From contig CDRNVI010000001.1 of NCBI GenBank assembly GCA_977017575.1, positions 246,579 through 310,578 of the forward strand: DNA of 64,000 bases, given 5' to 3'. Shown piece by piece: positions 23,168 through 34,800 of this stretch (position 1 is the stretch's first letter; every line of letters starts with the position of its first letter). The notes below the pieces were generated by a model. The model searched no databases. It saw nothing but the letters and a program-made list of their open reading frames with translations, and was not told the DNA's origin. The translations under genes and the position numbers were made by a program. The DNA comes from Paramoeba atlantica. Its lineage: Eukaryota > Protista > Discosea.

Positions 23168-23470
23168 AAAAAAAACAGTGATGACGGCACATAAGATAAA
23201 ATACCAGATGAGGTTTTGGTTTTAAGCTCAAGACGTTGCAACATCTTAGGACAGACTTTGGTGATAAAGATAGATAAAAAGTGCAACTGAGTATTTGCAA
23301 TGGTTATCAATTTTATCAAGTTCTAAAAGTTTATATATATGGCCCAAGAACATTGGGTAGGAAGTCTGCAAGGCTGAATCTTTGAAGTTACTCCGGAAAT
23401 CGTGCCAAAAGCACGCAAGATAACACACAAAAAACAGTGATGACGGCACATAAGATAAAATACCAGATGA
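23074..23470. repeat. ~137-bp direct repeat pair (23074-23211, 23335-23470) at the 5' end of the CRE copy
   Basis: Near-identical copies read directly. Confidence 0.9.
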
Positions 23471-23591
23471 TTTTTTTATAGTTTACGGAGAGAATTGGTC
23501 GAATGAATTTTTTTACATTTAATCATAGTTTACGGAGAGAATTGGGCGAATAAATTAAAAAAAAAATACCTACGACTACTCAAAAAAAAAA

Positions 23592-23630
23592 AATCTTTAA
23601 CGATAAAGATACAGTTTCTGTACCTTGTTG
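23592..23630 (+). other. Spliced-leader (mini-exon)-like 39-mer AATCTTTAACGATAAAGATACAGTTTCTGTACCTTGTTG fused to the CRE 5' UTR
   Basis: Positions 20-32 (ACAGTTTCTGTAC) and 37-39 (TTG) match the trypanosomatid 39-nt SL in register. No GT donor follows. The 5' boundary is ambiguous because an A run precedes it. Confidence 0.75.
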
Positions 23631-23668
23631 ATTTTCTTTTTTCCTTTCCCCTTTTTGGTTCAACTATT

Positions 23669-26600
23669 ATGTCCTGCCGCGAACGTCCATGTACACACTC
23701 CTCAGAAAATGAAGCGTCCTTCGCAAGAATGGTGAACACAGACGACGTTACATTGAACGAGGCGGAGAAATCACACCTTCTTGGTAGTTGGAATCAATTT
23801 GAGGGCAACAGACATCTCATCTCAGCTCCCAGTACCTATGACGAAAGTCTGTACACAACGGAAATCCCGAGGAATATCCCTGCAGAATGGCTACGCCTCG
23901 CTGAAAAAAAATCAGACGACCGCGAAACACCGGACACGGGACACCACCTAGCCGAGAATGAGGAAATACAACACTGCGCAGTACAACGAAAGGGTACGAC
24001 AGCCAACCTTGCAGCTAGTATTTCTACTCTGAAATCAGGGCCAGCAATCAACGCTGCACTGAAGGATGCAATATCACGTCAACAGCGCAATGCGGATGGG
24101 ATCAAAGGAGTTTCAAAGACGGATAACCGATCACCTAGGCGACCCTTGGAAACACGAAGGCAACACCAACAGACTATTAAGGACAGCACCCTCGGCGAAC
24201 AAACGCCGACACGCTCTCAGCCAGCCCACCAGATCCAATCACCTCCAAAGCATTCCTCCGGCACAAAACCCATGACTAGCGAAACTGGTTGTTCCGAAGC
24301 ACAATCGGACGGTAGGCGCGAAGACTTTGGCAACAGATATGCCCCACGAAACGGAAGCCACAAGCCCCCGCCACTTCCGCAGAGCGCTCCCAAACACCGC
24401 ATCTGTCCTGCTGAAGGATGCGCCTGGCGCACGATTGCACATGGAGGGTCTTGGCAAGCATATTATAACCACGTAGCGTACCACCACAGTACCGGCGTCC
24501 CGGCTGCATGGTGGGCAGCGGAAGGCAAGTTCCTTTGTGAAACGTGCGGCAAACACTACACGCTCAACCATAAAACTACGCACCCGAAGACCTGCATCGG
24601 TCAATCAAGTCAAGCAGCACAAATGTCAGTAGATATTTTTTCGCAGCACTCCATCGTAACAGAAACCGCCGAATTACCTACTTTGGCAAGTGTCTGCACA
24701 CTCGCGAAGAGCACAGCCGACCTTCCACCACACGTCAAACATTTGAACCTCGAAGAATCCGATATTAAAATAGCCATAAACAGTTTTCGTCGAGGATCTT
24801 CAGCAGGTACGATGGGTCTCCGCCCGGAACACTTACAATCCGCGCTTCTTTCCTACGAAGACAAGAATGTTCACCCGCTTCAGGAACTCACAAACCTAGC
24901 TAATCATCTTCTTTCTGGCAAGGCACCCATCGAAGTACAAGCATATTTCGCAGGTGCGCTACTATGTGCGCTCAAGAAGGGGGAAAACGACGTTCGCCCT
25001 ATCGCAGCGGGGGAGACTATTCGTCGGTTAGTGAGCAAGGCCGCATGCAGTAGTGTCCGAATGAAAGCGGGGAAATACTTTGAAGCACAACAATATGGAG
25101 TGGCCACCCGAGCAGGGGCAGAACGTATCATTCACCTTTGTAGGCTTGCAATGGACACTGACACAACAAATTCCGATATAGTTTTATGCAAAGTTGATTT
25201 GTCCAACGCATTTAACAACGTTAGCCGTGACGCATTCATCAGTCTCACCAGAGAGCACTTCCCGGAATTGTCCAGATGGGTAGAATGGTGCTACGTCGAA
25301 ACCAGTAGCTTAACTTACGGGCACCGTTTCGTACCGTCCGCGGAAGGGGTACAACAGGGCGATCCCCTCGGTCCTCTTCTCTTTTCCTTAGTCATGTTGG
25401 AGGTTACCAAACAAATTCAGTCGTACACGGAACTTCTTCTAAACCTGTGGTACTTAGACGATGGAGTTTTTATAGGGAAAGCAGAAGAAGTAAGAAAAGC
25501 CCTCGACATACTTGATCACCTCGGACCAGGTCAGGGACTACACCTCAATAGCAAGAAATGCGAGATCATCACACTACCCTCATCTGCACACCATACATCT
25601 CTTTTCCCAGATGTACCAAAAGACAAGCAAAACACAGAAGGAATTTTCGACATCCTAGGAAGCCCTATCGGATCCCACGAACACTGCGCCGAATACCTCA
25701 TGACCAATGCGATCGAACCAGCAGAAGATACTTTAGTTGCTTCCAGTTTAATTGAGGACCCGCAGGTCGCCATGGCACTGATACGACAATGTGCTGGCTT
25801 TTGTCAACTGGTCTACGCCCTACGTACAACACCCCCACAATGCATACAACGCGTTTGCGAACATCTAGACAATTCACTGTTGAGCACAGCTGAGGAAATA
25901 CTTTGCCCACTGAACGCCCCTGCCCGCGCTCAGATCCAACGCCTGAAGAGACACGGAGGTTTCGGTCTGCGTTCATCGGAAATGTACTCGTCTTCAGCTT
26001 ACGTAGCATCTGTGGTGTTCGCAGCAAGCAAGGACGGATGGAATCCACTGGACGCGGAAGGTTTTTCACCTGCCGTCAACGACGTGAACGCAAAAGCCGG
26101 AGGCACTCTCGTAGATCCCGAAACGGGTCGTTTCCTTTGCCCCACTACCCAACAGCGCGACCGATCACATCCCTCTTTTCCCCCAAAGCCACCCATTCAC
26201 TCTTCCACACAGGTCGATACAGCCCGCGAGCCATCAGACACCGGACCTTTTTTAGATGCTGACCCGCCGTTGGGCGCTGACCTTGACATATATATTGACC
26301 CGCCAGAATGGGACGAAAGTATCATCCCACGTCAGAAAGATATCATCCGCGCTATAGGGGAAAGGGAGTTTAATATAGCATACTGTTCCGCTGATACACG
26401 AACGCGAACCAGATGGGTATCACAATCAGGGAAAGGGGCTAGCAGTTGGGCATTCGTCACCCCATCGAAGGACCTGGGCTATGCATTAAAAAAAAAGGTG
26501 CACCAACGGTTGGAGGCTGAGGAAGCAGGCCATGAATTCACAGCCATGGTGGTAGAGAGCTATGGCTCCTGGAGCGTGAGCGCAACGTCCGTTCTAAAGG

Positions 26601-26767
26601 GAGTCGGAAAGAGGCGGGCACAGGCCTCAAATGGGACCTTTACGGAAGAGCAGGCTACAAATAAATTGTATGCCGAATTGAATGTGACCCTCATGCGAGC
26701 ACAAGCTCGTATGATGGTTACACGCATGGCTGTGCCCGACCCGAACGAGCCCATCACGGAAGGATAG
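23669..26767 (+). CDS. CRE/SLACS-like polyprotein (family CRE-C): N-terminal zinc fingers + RT; endonuclease core deleted
   Basis: CPAEGC...H...H, CETC...H...C, RPIAAGE, GVQQGDPLGP, WYLDDG and GGFGL. The C-terminus jumps from DLGYAL to KKKV...VVESYG, skipping the CCHC and PD..D motifs. Confidence 0.9.
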   Translation: MSCRERPCTHSSENEASFARMVNTDDVTLNEAEKSHLLGSWNQFEGNRHLISAPSTYDESLYTTEIPRNIPAEWLRLAEKKSDDRETPDTGHHLAENEEIQHCAVQRKGTTANLAASISTLKSGPAINAALKDAISRQQRNADGIKGVSKTDNRSPRRPLETRRQHQQTIKDSTLGEQTPTRSQPAHQIQSPPKHSSGTKPMTSETGCSEAQSDGRREDFGNRYAPRNGSHKPPPLPQSAPKHRICPAEGCAWRTIAHGGSWQAYYNHVAYHHSTGVPAAWWAAEGKFLCETCGKHYTLNHKTTHPKTCIGQSSQAAQMSVDIFSQHSIVTETAELPTLASVCTLAKSTADLPPHVKHLNLEESDIKIAINSFRRGSSAGTMGLRPEHLQSALLSYEDKNVHPLQELTNLANHLLSGKAPIEVQAYFAGALLCALKKGENDVRPIAAGETIRRLVSKAACSSVRMKAGKYFEAQQYGVATRAGAERIIHLCRLAMDTDTTNSDIVLCKVDLSNAFNNVSRDAFISLTREHFPELSRWVEWCYVETSSLTYGHRFVPSAEGVQQGDPLGPLLFSLVMLEVTKQIQSYTELLLNLWYLDDGVFIGKAEEVRKALDILDHLGPGQGLHLNSKKCEIITLPSSAHHTSLFPDVPKDKQNTEGIFDILGSPIGSHEHCAEYLMTNAIEPAEDTLVASSLIEDPQVAMALIRQCAGFCQLVYALRTTPPQCIQRVCEHLDNSLLSTAEEILCPLNAPARAQIQRLKRHGGFGLRSSEMYSSSAYVASVVFAASKDGWNPLDAEGFSPAVNDVNAKAGGTLVDPETGRFLCPTTQQRDRSHPSFPPKPPIHSSTQVDTAREPSDTGPFLDADPPLGADLDIYIDPPEWDESIIPRQKDIIRAIGEREFNIAYCSADTRTRTRWVSQSGKGASSWAFVTPSKDLGYALKKKVHQRLEAEEAGHEFTAMVVESYGSWSVSATSVLKGVGKRRAQASNGTFTEEQATNKLYAELNVTLMRAQARMMVTRMAVPDPNEPITEG

Positions 26768-27168
26768 TGTCGGACCCAACGGATCCTATGGTGGTGACAT
26801 AGGCCACGGGTGCTGGTCGGGTCGACAGAGTCTATGCTCACGCCTAGCCCGCGAGGGCTAGGTACCCCAAGTGAGGTAGTACACGGGTAGTGAATCTCCT
26901 CCCCGTCGGCCAGCATCCTGTTTCGCGACCGTGTCGCTGTCGACACAGGCCCGCGCCTGCGCCCTCCCATATAGCAAGGGAAGGGTTCACAAGTCAGGCC
27001 GTGGAGTGGTCGAAAGACCCGGTCCGGAACGCGCGAATGGATTGGGTCTGTATTGCTTGTTTTAGTTTTTACTGTTTCTTGTTTGTAGTATATACTTAGG
27101 GGAGATTAAATTGCTAGTTTTGGGCTGAGAAAAAACAAAAGGTACATCTGTGGAAACAAAAAGAATTG

Positions 27169-28116
27169 CTAATTTGATTGCTTGTTTTCAACTCGTAAAA
27201 AAAAAAAAACGTTATTCGTCTTCACTGTTTCAACCTCGGGCGCGTCGGAAAAGATATCGAATCCGCGGACGTCATGAAACCATCTGACTCCGTGGTTGGA
27301 ATATCCGTTAACATATTGATTTTTCGGTGGGCTCTCATTTGTATTCGACAATGGTATTCCTTGGAGGGTCAGAAGTCCCTTCCATACGGTCTTCCCAACC
27401 ACTCCGGCAACTTTGCCAATGGTAGCTAACCGATTCGACCCACTTGTTTCTTTGTTTTTCTCGTCATCCTTTTTGGATGGCTTGCCTTCCATTTCTTTCT
27501 CCGTTGTTTCCTTCGCGGCCGATTTGTTTGCGGCGGCTTCTTTTGCGGCGGCTTTCTTTGTGGCGGCTTCTTTCGCGGCGGCTTCTTTTTCTTTTAAATC
27601 TTTCAACAGGTCATAGAAGGATTTCTATCGCGTGCCACTTCGACGAAAAATAATTTTCCCGGGCGAGGAGCTCGCTTTTGGTGATGAGTTTGCACTTTCT
27701 TTCGGCGACATTTCAGACACTGGCGCCCTCGACTTCGGAGAGGTAGCTCTGAAGCTTTCTGGCGGTGTATTCTGCGGCAAAGGTAGTGATCGGTGACGCG
27801 GTGAAGGGGGAGAGGGTAACTGTGACGGCGGCGGCGGAAGCGACGGTGACTGTGCACGCGTGAGCTGAGGAGTTGACCGCGACCGCCATAGCGGGGATGA
27901 CTGTGGCTGTGATGGCGACGTCGCCGACGGTGCGGAAGGTGAAGGCGGAGACTTCTGTGGGGATGGAGTGCTCGGCGGCGCTCGGAGGGTCACGTTAGAG
28001 GGCGGAGAGTTCGGGGTGATGGGGACCGGCTTCTTTCTGCGGCGGGCGGGGGCGAGAGGCAAAATCTCAGGAGCTACTCCTGTTTCTTTGGCCATGGAGC
28101 GAGTGACCACTCCCAT
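27169..28116 (-). pseudogene. Unknown Pro/Ser-rich protein (frameshifted; paralog of 29292-30234)
   Basis: The N-terminal TRSxAKETGVAP..PL...RKK and C-terminal HDVRxFDIFxD motifs are shared with the 29292/31615 ORF. Confidence 0.55.
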
Positions 28117-28379
28117 AGAGTTGTAGTAAAGTTGTTAAATAGAATGATACAACAAGAACTACAACTAAAGACACAACAAGTCACGTCACCGCGGCCAAAG
28201 CACGCAACACCGCCACCGATAACCACGATCCCACCCCCGGACAACGCACAAGCCACACGAATCATGTCACCGCCGAAGCACACGAATCCCCCATCATTAT
28301 CAACAAGAAGCCTCGTCCGTCGCAGAAAAATTTACTTTGCAAGGGAGCCAAAACCGTCTGAACATCAGGTCGTGTTAAA

Positions 28380-29069
28380 TCAGCGCACCACACAGTCACC
28401 AATGAACACCACTACACCGTCGGACACCACACAACGTTCGAGCACGTGCGGCAGACCAGCTTTCGCGCACAATTCCCCAAGGAACCGAATAAGATGTGTG
28501 TGCTTTCTTGTAGCATTACCTCCAGAGCATTGTGTACATCCGGCTACGTGGTGCAGGGCGTTGCTTGCAGACAGTTCGGTTGAGCATCCAGGGCATGGAA
28601 TGAGGTCTGGCATTTCGGGGGGCGTGCAACCTAGGCGCATCATGACACTATATCTGAAGAGATAGGGGTTCACATAGTTGCTCGTGGAGTGCAGATGGTT
28701 GTGGGAATTTGTCGTGCGATCGAGTATATCATTCAGTTTTTTGTTTCTTCGCAGTTCAGCGGCGATCATTTTTTGCTCTCCCCTGATTGCTTTCGTAGCC
28801 ATCTTGCTCGCTGTTGATTCGTCTTCTGGCAGCACTGAAATCTTCTTAGTGTGTTTCGATTTCTCCACCGGAGCGTTAAGGGATTTTCCTTGCTCTTCAA
28901 TGGATCGACGAGACGCACTGTAGAAGTATTTGTGCTTCAAGCATGATGGTGTTAAGCCGAGTCCTCCGAGTTTTTCGGGCAATGAAGCTAGCCTTAATGA
29001 ATCTCCTCTTGCCTGAAACCAATGGGAAACTATATTACTAAACTCTGAGGATTGGTTAGTAACTTCCAT
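28380..29069 (-). pseudogene. CRE-B C-terminal fragment (post-RT region, CCHC)
   Basis: LGGLGLTPSCLKHKYF matches LGGLGLTPSCLKQKHF in 41918..44662. CPGC...HVAGC and RKH present. Confidence 0.85.
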
Positions 29070-29291
29070 ACCTCGTCAAAACGAGACTTCATTTCCGGTT
29101 GCATCCAGCTTCTTATGCGAGCAATATCCAAAGAAGGCACTGATGGGGCATGAAGAGGAAGTTTCATTTCGTCAGGGGTGGGTGGCTGCATCATTCGATG
29201 GGGCCGAGACCATACTCTCCGGCTGGAAAATTGGGCATCTTTGTCTAGATTGTTGATGTGTCTTGTTGATTTAATTTTTTACTTTTACTTA

Positions 29292-30234
29292 ATGAGAAAG
29301 TTCACGCGGAGCAGAGCCAAAGAGACGGGAGTAGCTCCTGTCGTTGAGCCCTTGCCGGCGAATCGTAGAAAGAAGAAATCCATTGGACAACCGGCACCCA
29401 CCGCTAGCGCCACCGCCTGCGCCATTACCTGCGCCACCGCCCGCGACACCTCCCCCGTCACCGCCGGCACAACCATCATTCACTGCTCCGCCGTGCGCCA
29501 CGTCACCCCCTCTTCCCGCTTCGATGGTTACTACGCCGCTTCCTCCGCGCGTTGCGACGTCTCCCAATGCACTTCCGCCGCCTCTTCCGCCACCGCCTGC
29601 GCCATCGTCCGCGCCATCACCTGCGCCACCGCCCGCGCCACCTCCCCCGTCACCGCCGGCACAACCATCTTTCACTGCTCCGCCGTGCGCCACGTCATCC
29701 CCTCTTCCCGCTGCGATGGATACTGCACCGTTTCCTCCGCGCATTGCGACGTCTCCCAATGCACCTCCACCGCCTCTTCCGTTGCCACTTTCACCGCCAT
29801 CTTCGCCGATACACAGCCAGGCGTCATCTCCACAGTCTCTCGAAACTCCCTCAATGACACGCCCAAGCATGCACACGTCGGCTAGGCGAGCCCAAACGAG
29901 AGCGCTCAATTACCGACGTAGCAGCAACTTAACTGTTGGGGTTACATCGGCAGAGTCTGGGATTACGTCGACGACGGATACCACAGCGCTTAGCGTACCG
30001 ACGGTACCCGGAACAAGGAAAATCCGATTTGCTACCTCGACGAACGGAAAAACTACGAAAGAAGCCGTAACTACGACAGCAAACGAATCAACAAACGAAT
30101 CAGAGTGGGGGAATCGTTTGAAGCAAACTTGCGCAGTAGCGGCTTCTGCTCTCGTAACGGCGACCAACGCCATGTCCGGAGCGATGTTTAACTATGAAAA
30201 ATCCCATTACCAGAAGAACGCCACGTATATACCG
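29292..30234 (+). pseudogene. Unknown proline-rich protein, 5' part (internal ~180-bp tandem duplication); continues at 31615
   Basis: ATG at 29292 gives MRKFTRSRAKETGVAP, with a frameshift near 29390 into the Pro-rich frame 29344..30261. The in-frame join across the insert is ...TYIP-IPSKGVSFNGEGYVHDVRAFDIFAD. Confidence 0.6.
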
Positions 30235-31614
30235 GAAATCCACGCCGAGGGGGCTCCATGAAACTTATAAGTAACAAACAAATATAAGTAAATACCTATG
30301 ACTAATATAATCACACTTCCAAATCGTCCCAAAATCAAAGAACACATAATACGATATATAGATAGAATTCACATGCACAAACATAGTTCAAAAGAAAGCC
30401 TGCATAAAACCAATAATCATGTGTCACGTTGTTAACGGGATTCCCCCCCACCGGAACCCTCGGCCAAATGGCTGGGGGCTTGGTGGGTGGGCACAAAAAC
30501 TTAAAGCGAAGTAAAATAACAACCTAACAAGGATATATAAGATAATAGTAAATACCCATCCCATGTAAAATTCTGAATACAAATCATAATTCGAAGAAAC
30601 TATGTGCCCCGAAGGGCCAGCAGGCAAATACATAACAGCCCCTCGGCTAAATTTCAAAACGTGGACTATTAGAAATCCACGCCGAGGGGGCTCCATGAAA
30701 CTTATAAGTAACAAACAAATATAAGTAAATACCTATGATTAATATAATCACACTTCCAAATCGTCCCAAAATCAAAGAACACATAATACGATATATAGAT
30801 AGAATTCACATGCACAAACATAGTTCAAAAGAAAGCCTGCATAAAACCAATAATCATGTGTCACGTTGTTAACGGGATTCCCCCCCACCGGAACCCTCGG
30901 CCAACCTGCCCACACACACGTCACACAATCAATATAAATAACCAAAGAAATGCCCAATCACATAGTAAAATAATTTTTCATATACCATCCCAGAACTCAC
31001 AAAAGGATAACGATAGCAATAGATGACCAGTCCACTGCCACGCCCTTTACAAGCTCACACGAGCTACGCAGGTTACGCTTTTAACTTCTGCCCTAGACCA
31101 ACTTGTGTACCTAGAAGTGTGGAGCAACTAGGCGTGATGCGTAGGGCCGTGTCAACAGTGACGCGGCTAAAAAACATTATGGCGCTAACCGCAGAGCAAA
31201 GGAAACCTTTACTCATCTCTACCTCACATTGGGGAACCTTGCTTCCGAAAAAACAAGGCGTGAGAATAAAGAGCTGTTAACCGATTAACATCCATAACCT
31301 TCCTCTTTTTATGGAATGTGTTCCATACCCCTCTTTTTATGGAATGTGTTCCATACCCCGGACCGAGAAGTTGATTCATCCTGTGGTCCATCTCCCGGAT
31401 CGTCGTGTAACACAGGCGCTGGCCTGGTCTCAAAAACAAAAACTTAAAGCGAAGTAAAATAACAACCTAACAAGGATATATAAGATAATAGTAAATACCC
31501 ATCCCATGTAAAATTCTGAATACAAATCATAATTCGAAGAAACTATGTGCCCCGAAGGGCCAGCAGGCAAATACATAACAGCCCCTCGGCTAAATTTCAA
31601 AACGTGGACTATTA
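30235..31614 (-). mobile_element. Non-autonomous mini YR element (family R1) with complete split repeats
   Basis: A1 31436-31614 = A2 30493-30671 (179 bp). B1 30672-30904 = B2 30235-30467 (233 bp). The 531-bp interior keeps a YR remnant (GYGTHSIKRG). Confidence 0.93.
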
Positions 31615-31899
31615 ATACCTTCCAAGGGAGTGTCATTCAACGGCGAAGGATATGTACACGACGTGCGGGCATTCGACATATTTGCAGACAATCCGTTGCA
31701 AGATGAGGCGTTCCCATCAGGTAGCAGCGGGACCACACAGCCGCTCGCACCAAGCCCGCAGACTACACCCGGAAATTCTCGTGGGGAGGTTACAGCGGGA
31801 ACTTTTAGCAATGCAACCTTGCTCTCAGACACCCCGAACGGTGGAAACGTGAGGAATTTGGAAGCATGTACCGTGGAAAGGAACGACGCTAGAATCGTG

Positions 31900-34800
31900 C
31901 CGGGATCTCTGCCATCCCCGGTTCCCATCGCATCCGAGTTCCTGGACTGCGAATCGCCAATACATATACTTTCCGACTCTGGAGACAACGCAAATACCAA
32001 CCTTGTCGAAGATCCAGTACATCAGTTTTTCAGTGAAACGCCAGACTTTCCAAGAGTCGCGTCACAATTCCGTCATATCGACCCCAAGGTTCATTTTCCT
32101 ATCCCTCCAGACGAGCTGTACGACGCAACCCTTCACGCAAAAGTGGGAGACCGATGCATTTTGGCTTGGAGCTTTGATTGTTCGCCAAGCCTCAACATAT
32201 CACAAGGAATCGTTAAAGCGTCGCAGAAAAGAAAGCACTTGAACAAATGGACCATGGAGTATGTGGGGATTGTGGGACACAAGATCGGAACAACCTTCAC
32301 TGGTCATATTCCCCCGCAAGCAAACGTTCGCGTCTTTAAGATCGTGTGGGAAAATAACACACATCAGGAAAGTGATCCTGGAAGTATAAAAAGCTGCCGG
32401 TCTGAAGAAAGAATTAACCGGGCGCTTCGCGTTAATTATTAACACACAGAAAACGACCTAGATCTTGAGCCCATGCCTACTCTGCGATCAGTTGCACCGG
32501 AATTCATTCCTTGCGTAGTTGCAATTTACCGAGACATCGTTCGAGATTACGCAGAATCCCCATACCCACAAAGGAACCGCATATGGCATCGAACGTTATC
32601 AGCCATGAAATATTCTCTTGCCACAATTCGGAAGGCAACGGCGAAACGACGTCGACGTCGCCCGCGCGATTTTTCGTCATTGCAAGACGGCGAATCTCAA
32701 AACGGACACACCTCCACCGCCAACGGACCACGTCTTATAGATGACAAACGGGCCATCAAGAAAGCAACTAGTCTGGCATTAGACGGGTGTGTTTCCAAAG
32801 CGTCCCGAGTTATTAACCAGGAAATTACACCACGAACACTCAGCGACTCGGAAACCATTGAAAAACTTCGTGCTTTGCATCCAGATCTCCCCACCACATT
32901 TCGCCTCCCGCAAGATGCTCCGATGACAGCGTGTATTACGCCTATCGAGCTTCGGGAGGCCGGAAGACGCATGGCCAAAGGGGCGGCGCCAGGACCAACA
33001 GGCACAACGGATTCAATTTTGCGCATCCTGTTAGACGACGAGGTGTGCTCGTTAAGTTTGTGTCACATGATTACCGACCTGATTAATGGATCACTGTCTG
33101 AAGAAGTAATGAAACGCGTGAAGAGAGCGCGACTTGTAGCGATTCCCAAACCTGGAAACGGAATTCGTCCAATCGCTGTGGGGGAGGTCCGGTTGAAGCT
33201 TGCCGAAATCGTCCTTCTGCAGCGGCACGAGAAACAGCTTGTCCCGCTCTTTGCGCCTTATCAGTTTGGTGTTATGATAAAGTCTGGCTGTGAGCATGTC
33301 GTGCATAAGCTTAACGAGAAATACACAGAGGGATGCGCCATTCTGGCTATTGATCTCAGAAACGCCTTCAATTCACCAGCCAGGGATGAAATTGCAAGAG
33401 CCGTGTTCGGATTCCACGGTCTCCGCCCCTTTCAGCGTCTCTTTAATGCCGAATACTCCAGTCCATCAGAACTTCTTTATTACGGGAGCAACGGCAATCT
33501 TGGAGCCACCTTGAAAAGTTCTGCCGGGGTGAGGCAGGGGTCGCCGTTGTCCACGATTATGTTCTGCGCGTTTATGCAACCAATTTTAGAGATCGTTGCT
33601 TCAGAATTCCCGGCACTTCGCATATACGCCTACATCGACGACATCACCTTCGCATCAAAGGACTCAGAACTAATTGCCAACGCTTACAACCGTCTTCGAG
33701 TTTTATTGACTGCTAAGCTAGTGGAATTATCCCCAACAAAATGCGTCTGGTTTGAAGGCATCGAAAGAATCCCCATTCCGCACGTCTTGCAGGAGGCGGG
33801 AGTTTTATCCGAAAGCCGGGCTACCAAAAATTTGGGGGCCTTCGTCGGAGAGAAAGAAAGCGTTAGCGAAAAATTAGTCCAAAAAGTTGTGAAGCATCAA
33901 GCAGCTTTCCGGCGCCTACAGCACATGGGGGCCAGCAACGTCTCTATCGTTTTACTATCGCACTGCGTGAATATGCGTCACAGGTACGACATACGCGTGC
34001 ATCATCCTGATGCGTCTTTGGAACTCAGTCGGCAGTTTGATTCCCAGGTGGCAAACACGCTATGTTCATGGTTCGGGAACCTCAACGAAGACCAAATATC
34101 ATGGATGAGGCTACCACTGAAGAAAGGAGGACTCGGGCTCACCCCAACTGAACCGATTCGCGAAGCAGCGTTCTTCAAATCCAAACGAGCAGCTATGGAG
34201 CGACCAATTCATCTTTCAGCTCCCGCTACTCTAATGGATTTGCCAGCGCTGAACTCGCTCTCCAGCCAACGACCTCTCACTGATGAAGCGGTTACGGAAG
34301 AAGTCCACCACAATGCAGTGCGCGAGTCTTTGATGAAAGACAAGGGTCAGGCTGATATCATTCGTGTGGCCAGTGCGAAAGGGAATTACAATTGGCTCAC
34401 CGCTTGCACCAAATTCATTCCTTCGCGACTTTTCACGTTGGCGATAATGCCCCGTTTCGGAATAGAGCATCCGTTGCTACCATCGAAGGTACAATGTCCT
34501 GGGTGCCACGTTCTCCTCACCTCCAGCAGCGCAATTGCTCACGTGTCCGGATGCGTTAAATGTTCTGGGATTAACGCTACCACAAAACACAACAGAATGG
34601 TGCGTCAACTCTATACGCTATGTATTAAGGCCGGCATTCCCTGCGAGCTCGAACCTAGACAATTCGCGACATACACCTGCGGAAAGTGCGGTACCACTGT
34701 TGACGGTGAAAATAAAGCGTCACACCAAAGGACTTGCGGATCTGGTTCATTCCACCATTCCGGGCCAGATTTAGTCATCCATTGGGCAGACGGGGACATC

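Noticed and set aside
23592-23700. A genuine SL RNA gene
   Set aside because: No GT donor or SL intron follows the 39-mer, and there is no tandem SL array. It runs straight into a CRE UTR.
29289-29909. Gly/Ala-rich ORF and the many other short antisense or alternate-frame ORFs in the track
   Set aside because: They are shadows of GC-rich repeats or of element ORFs on the other strand and have no motifs of their own.
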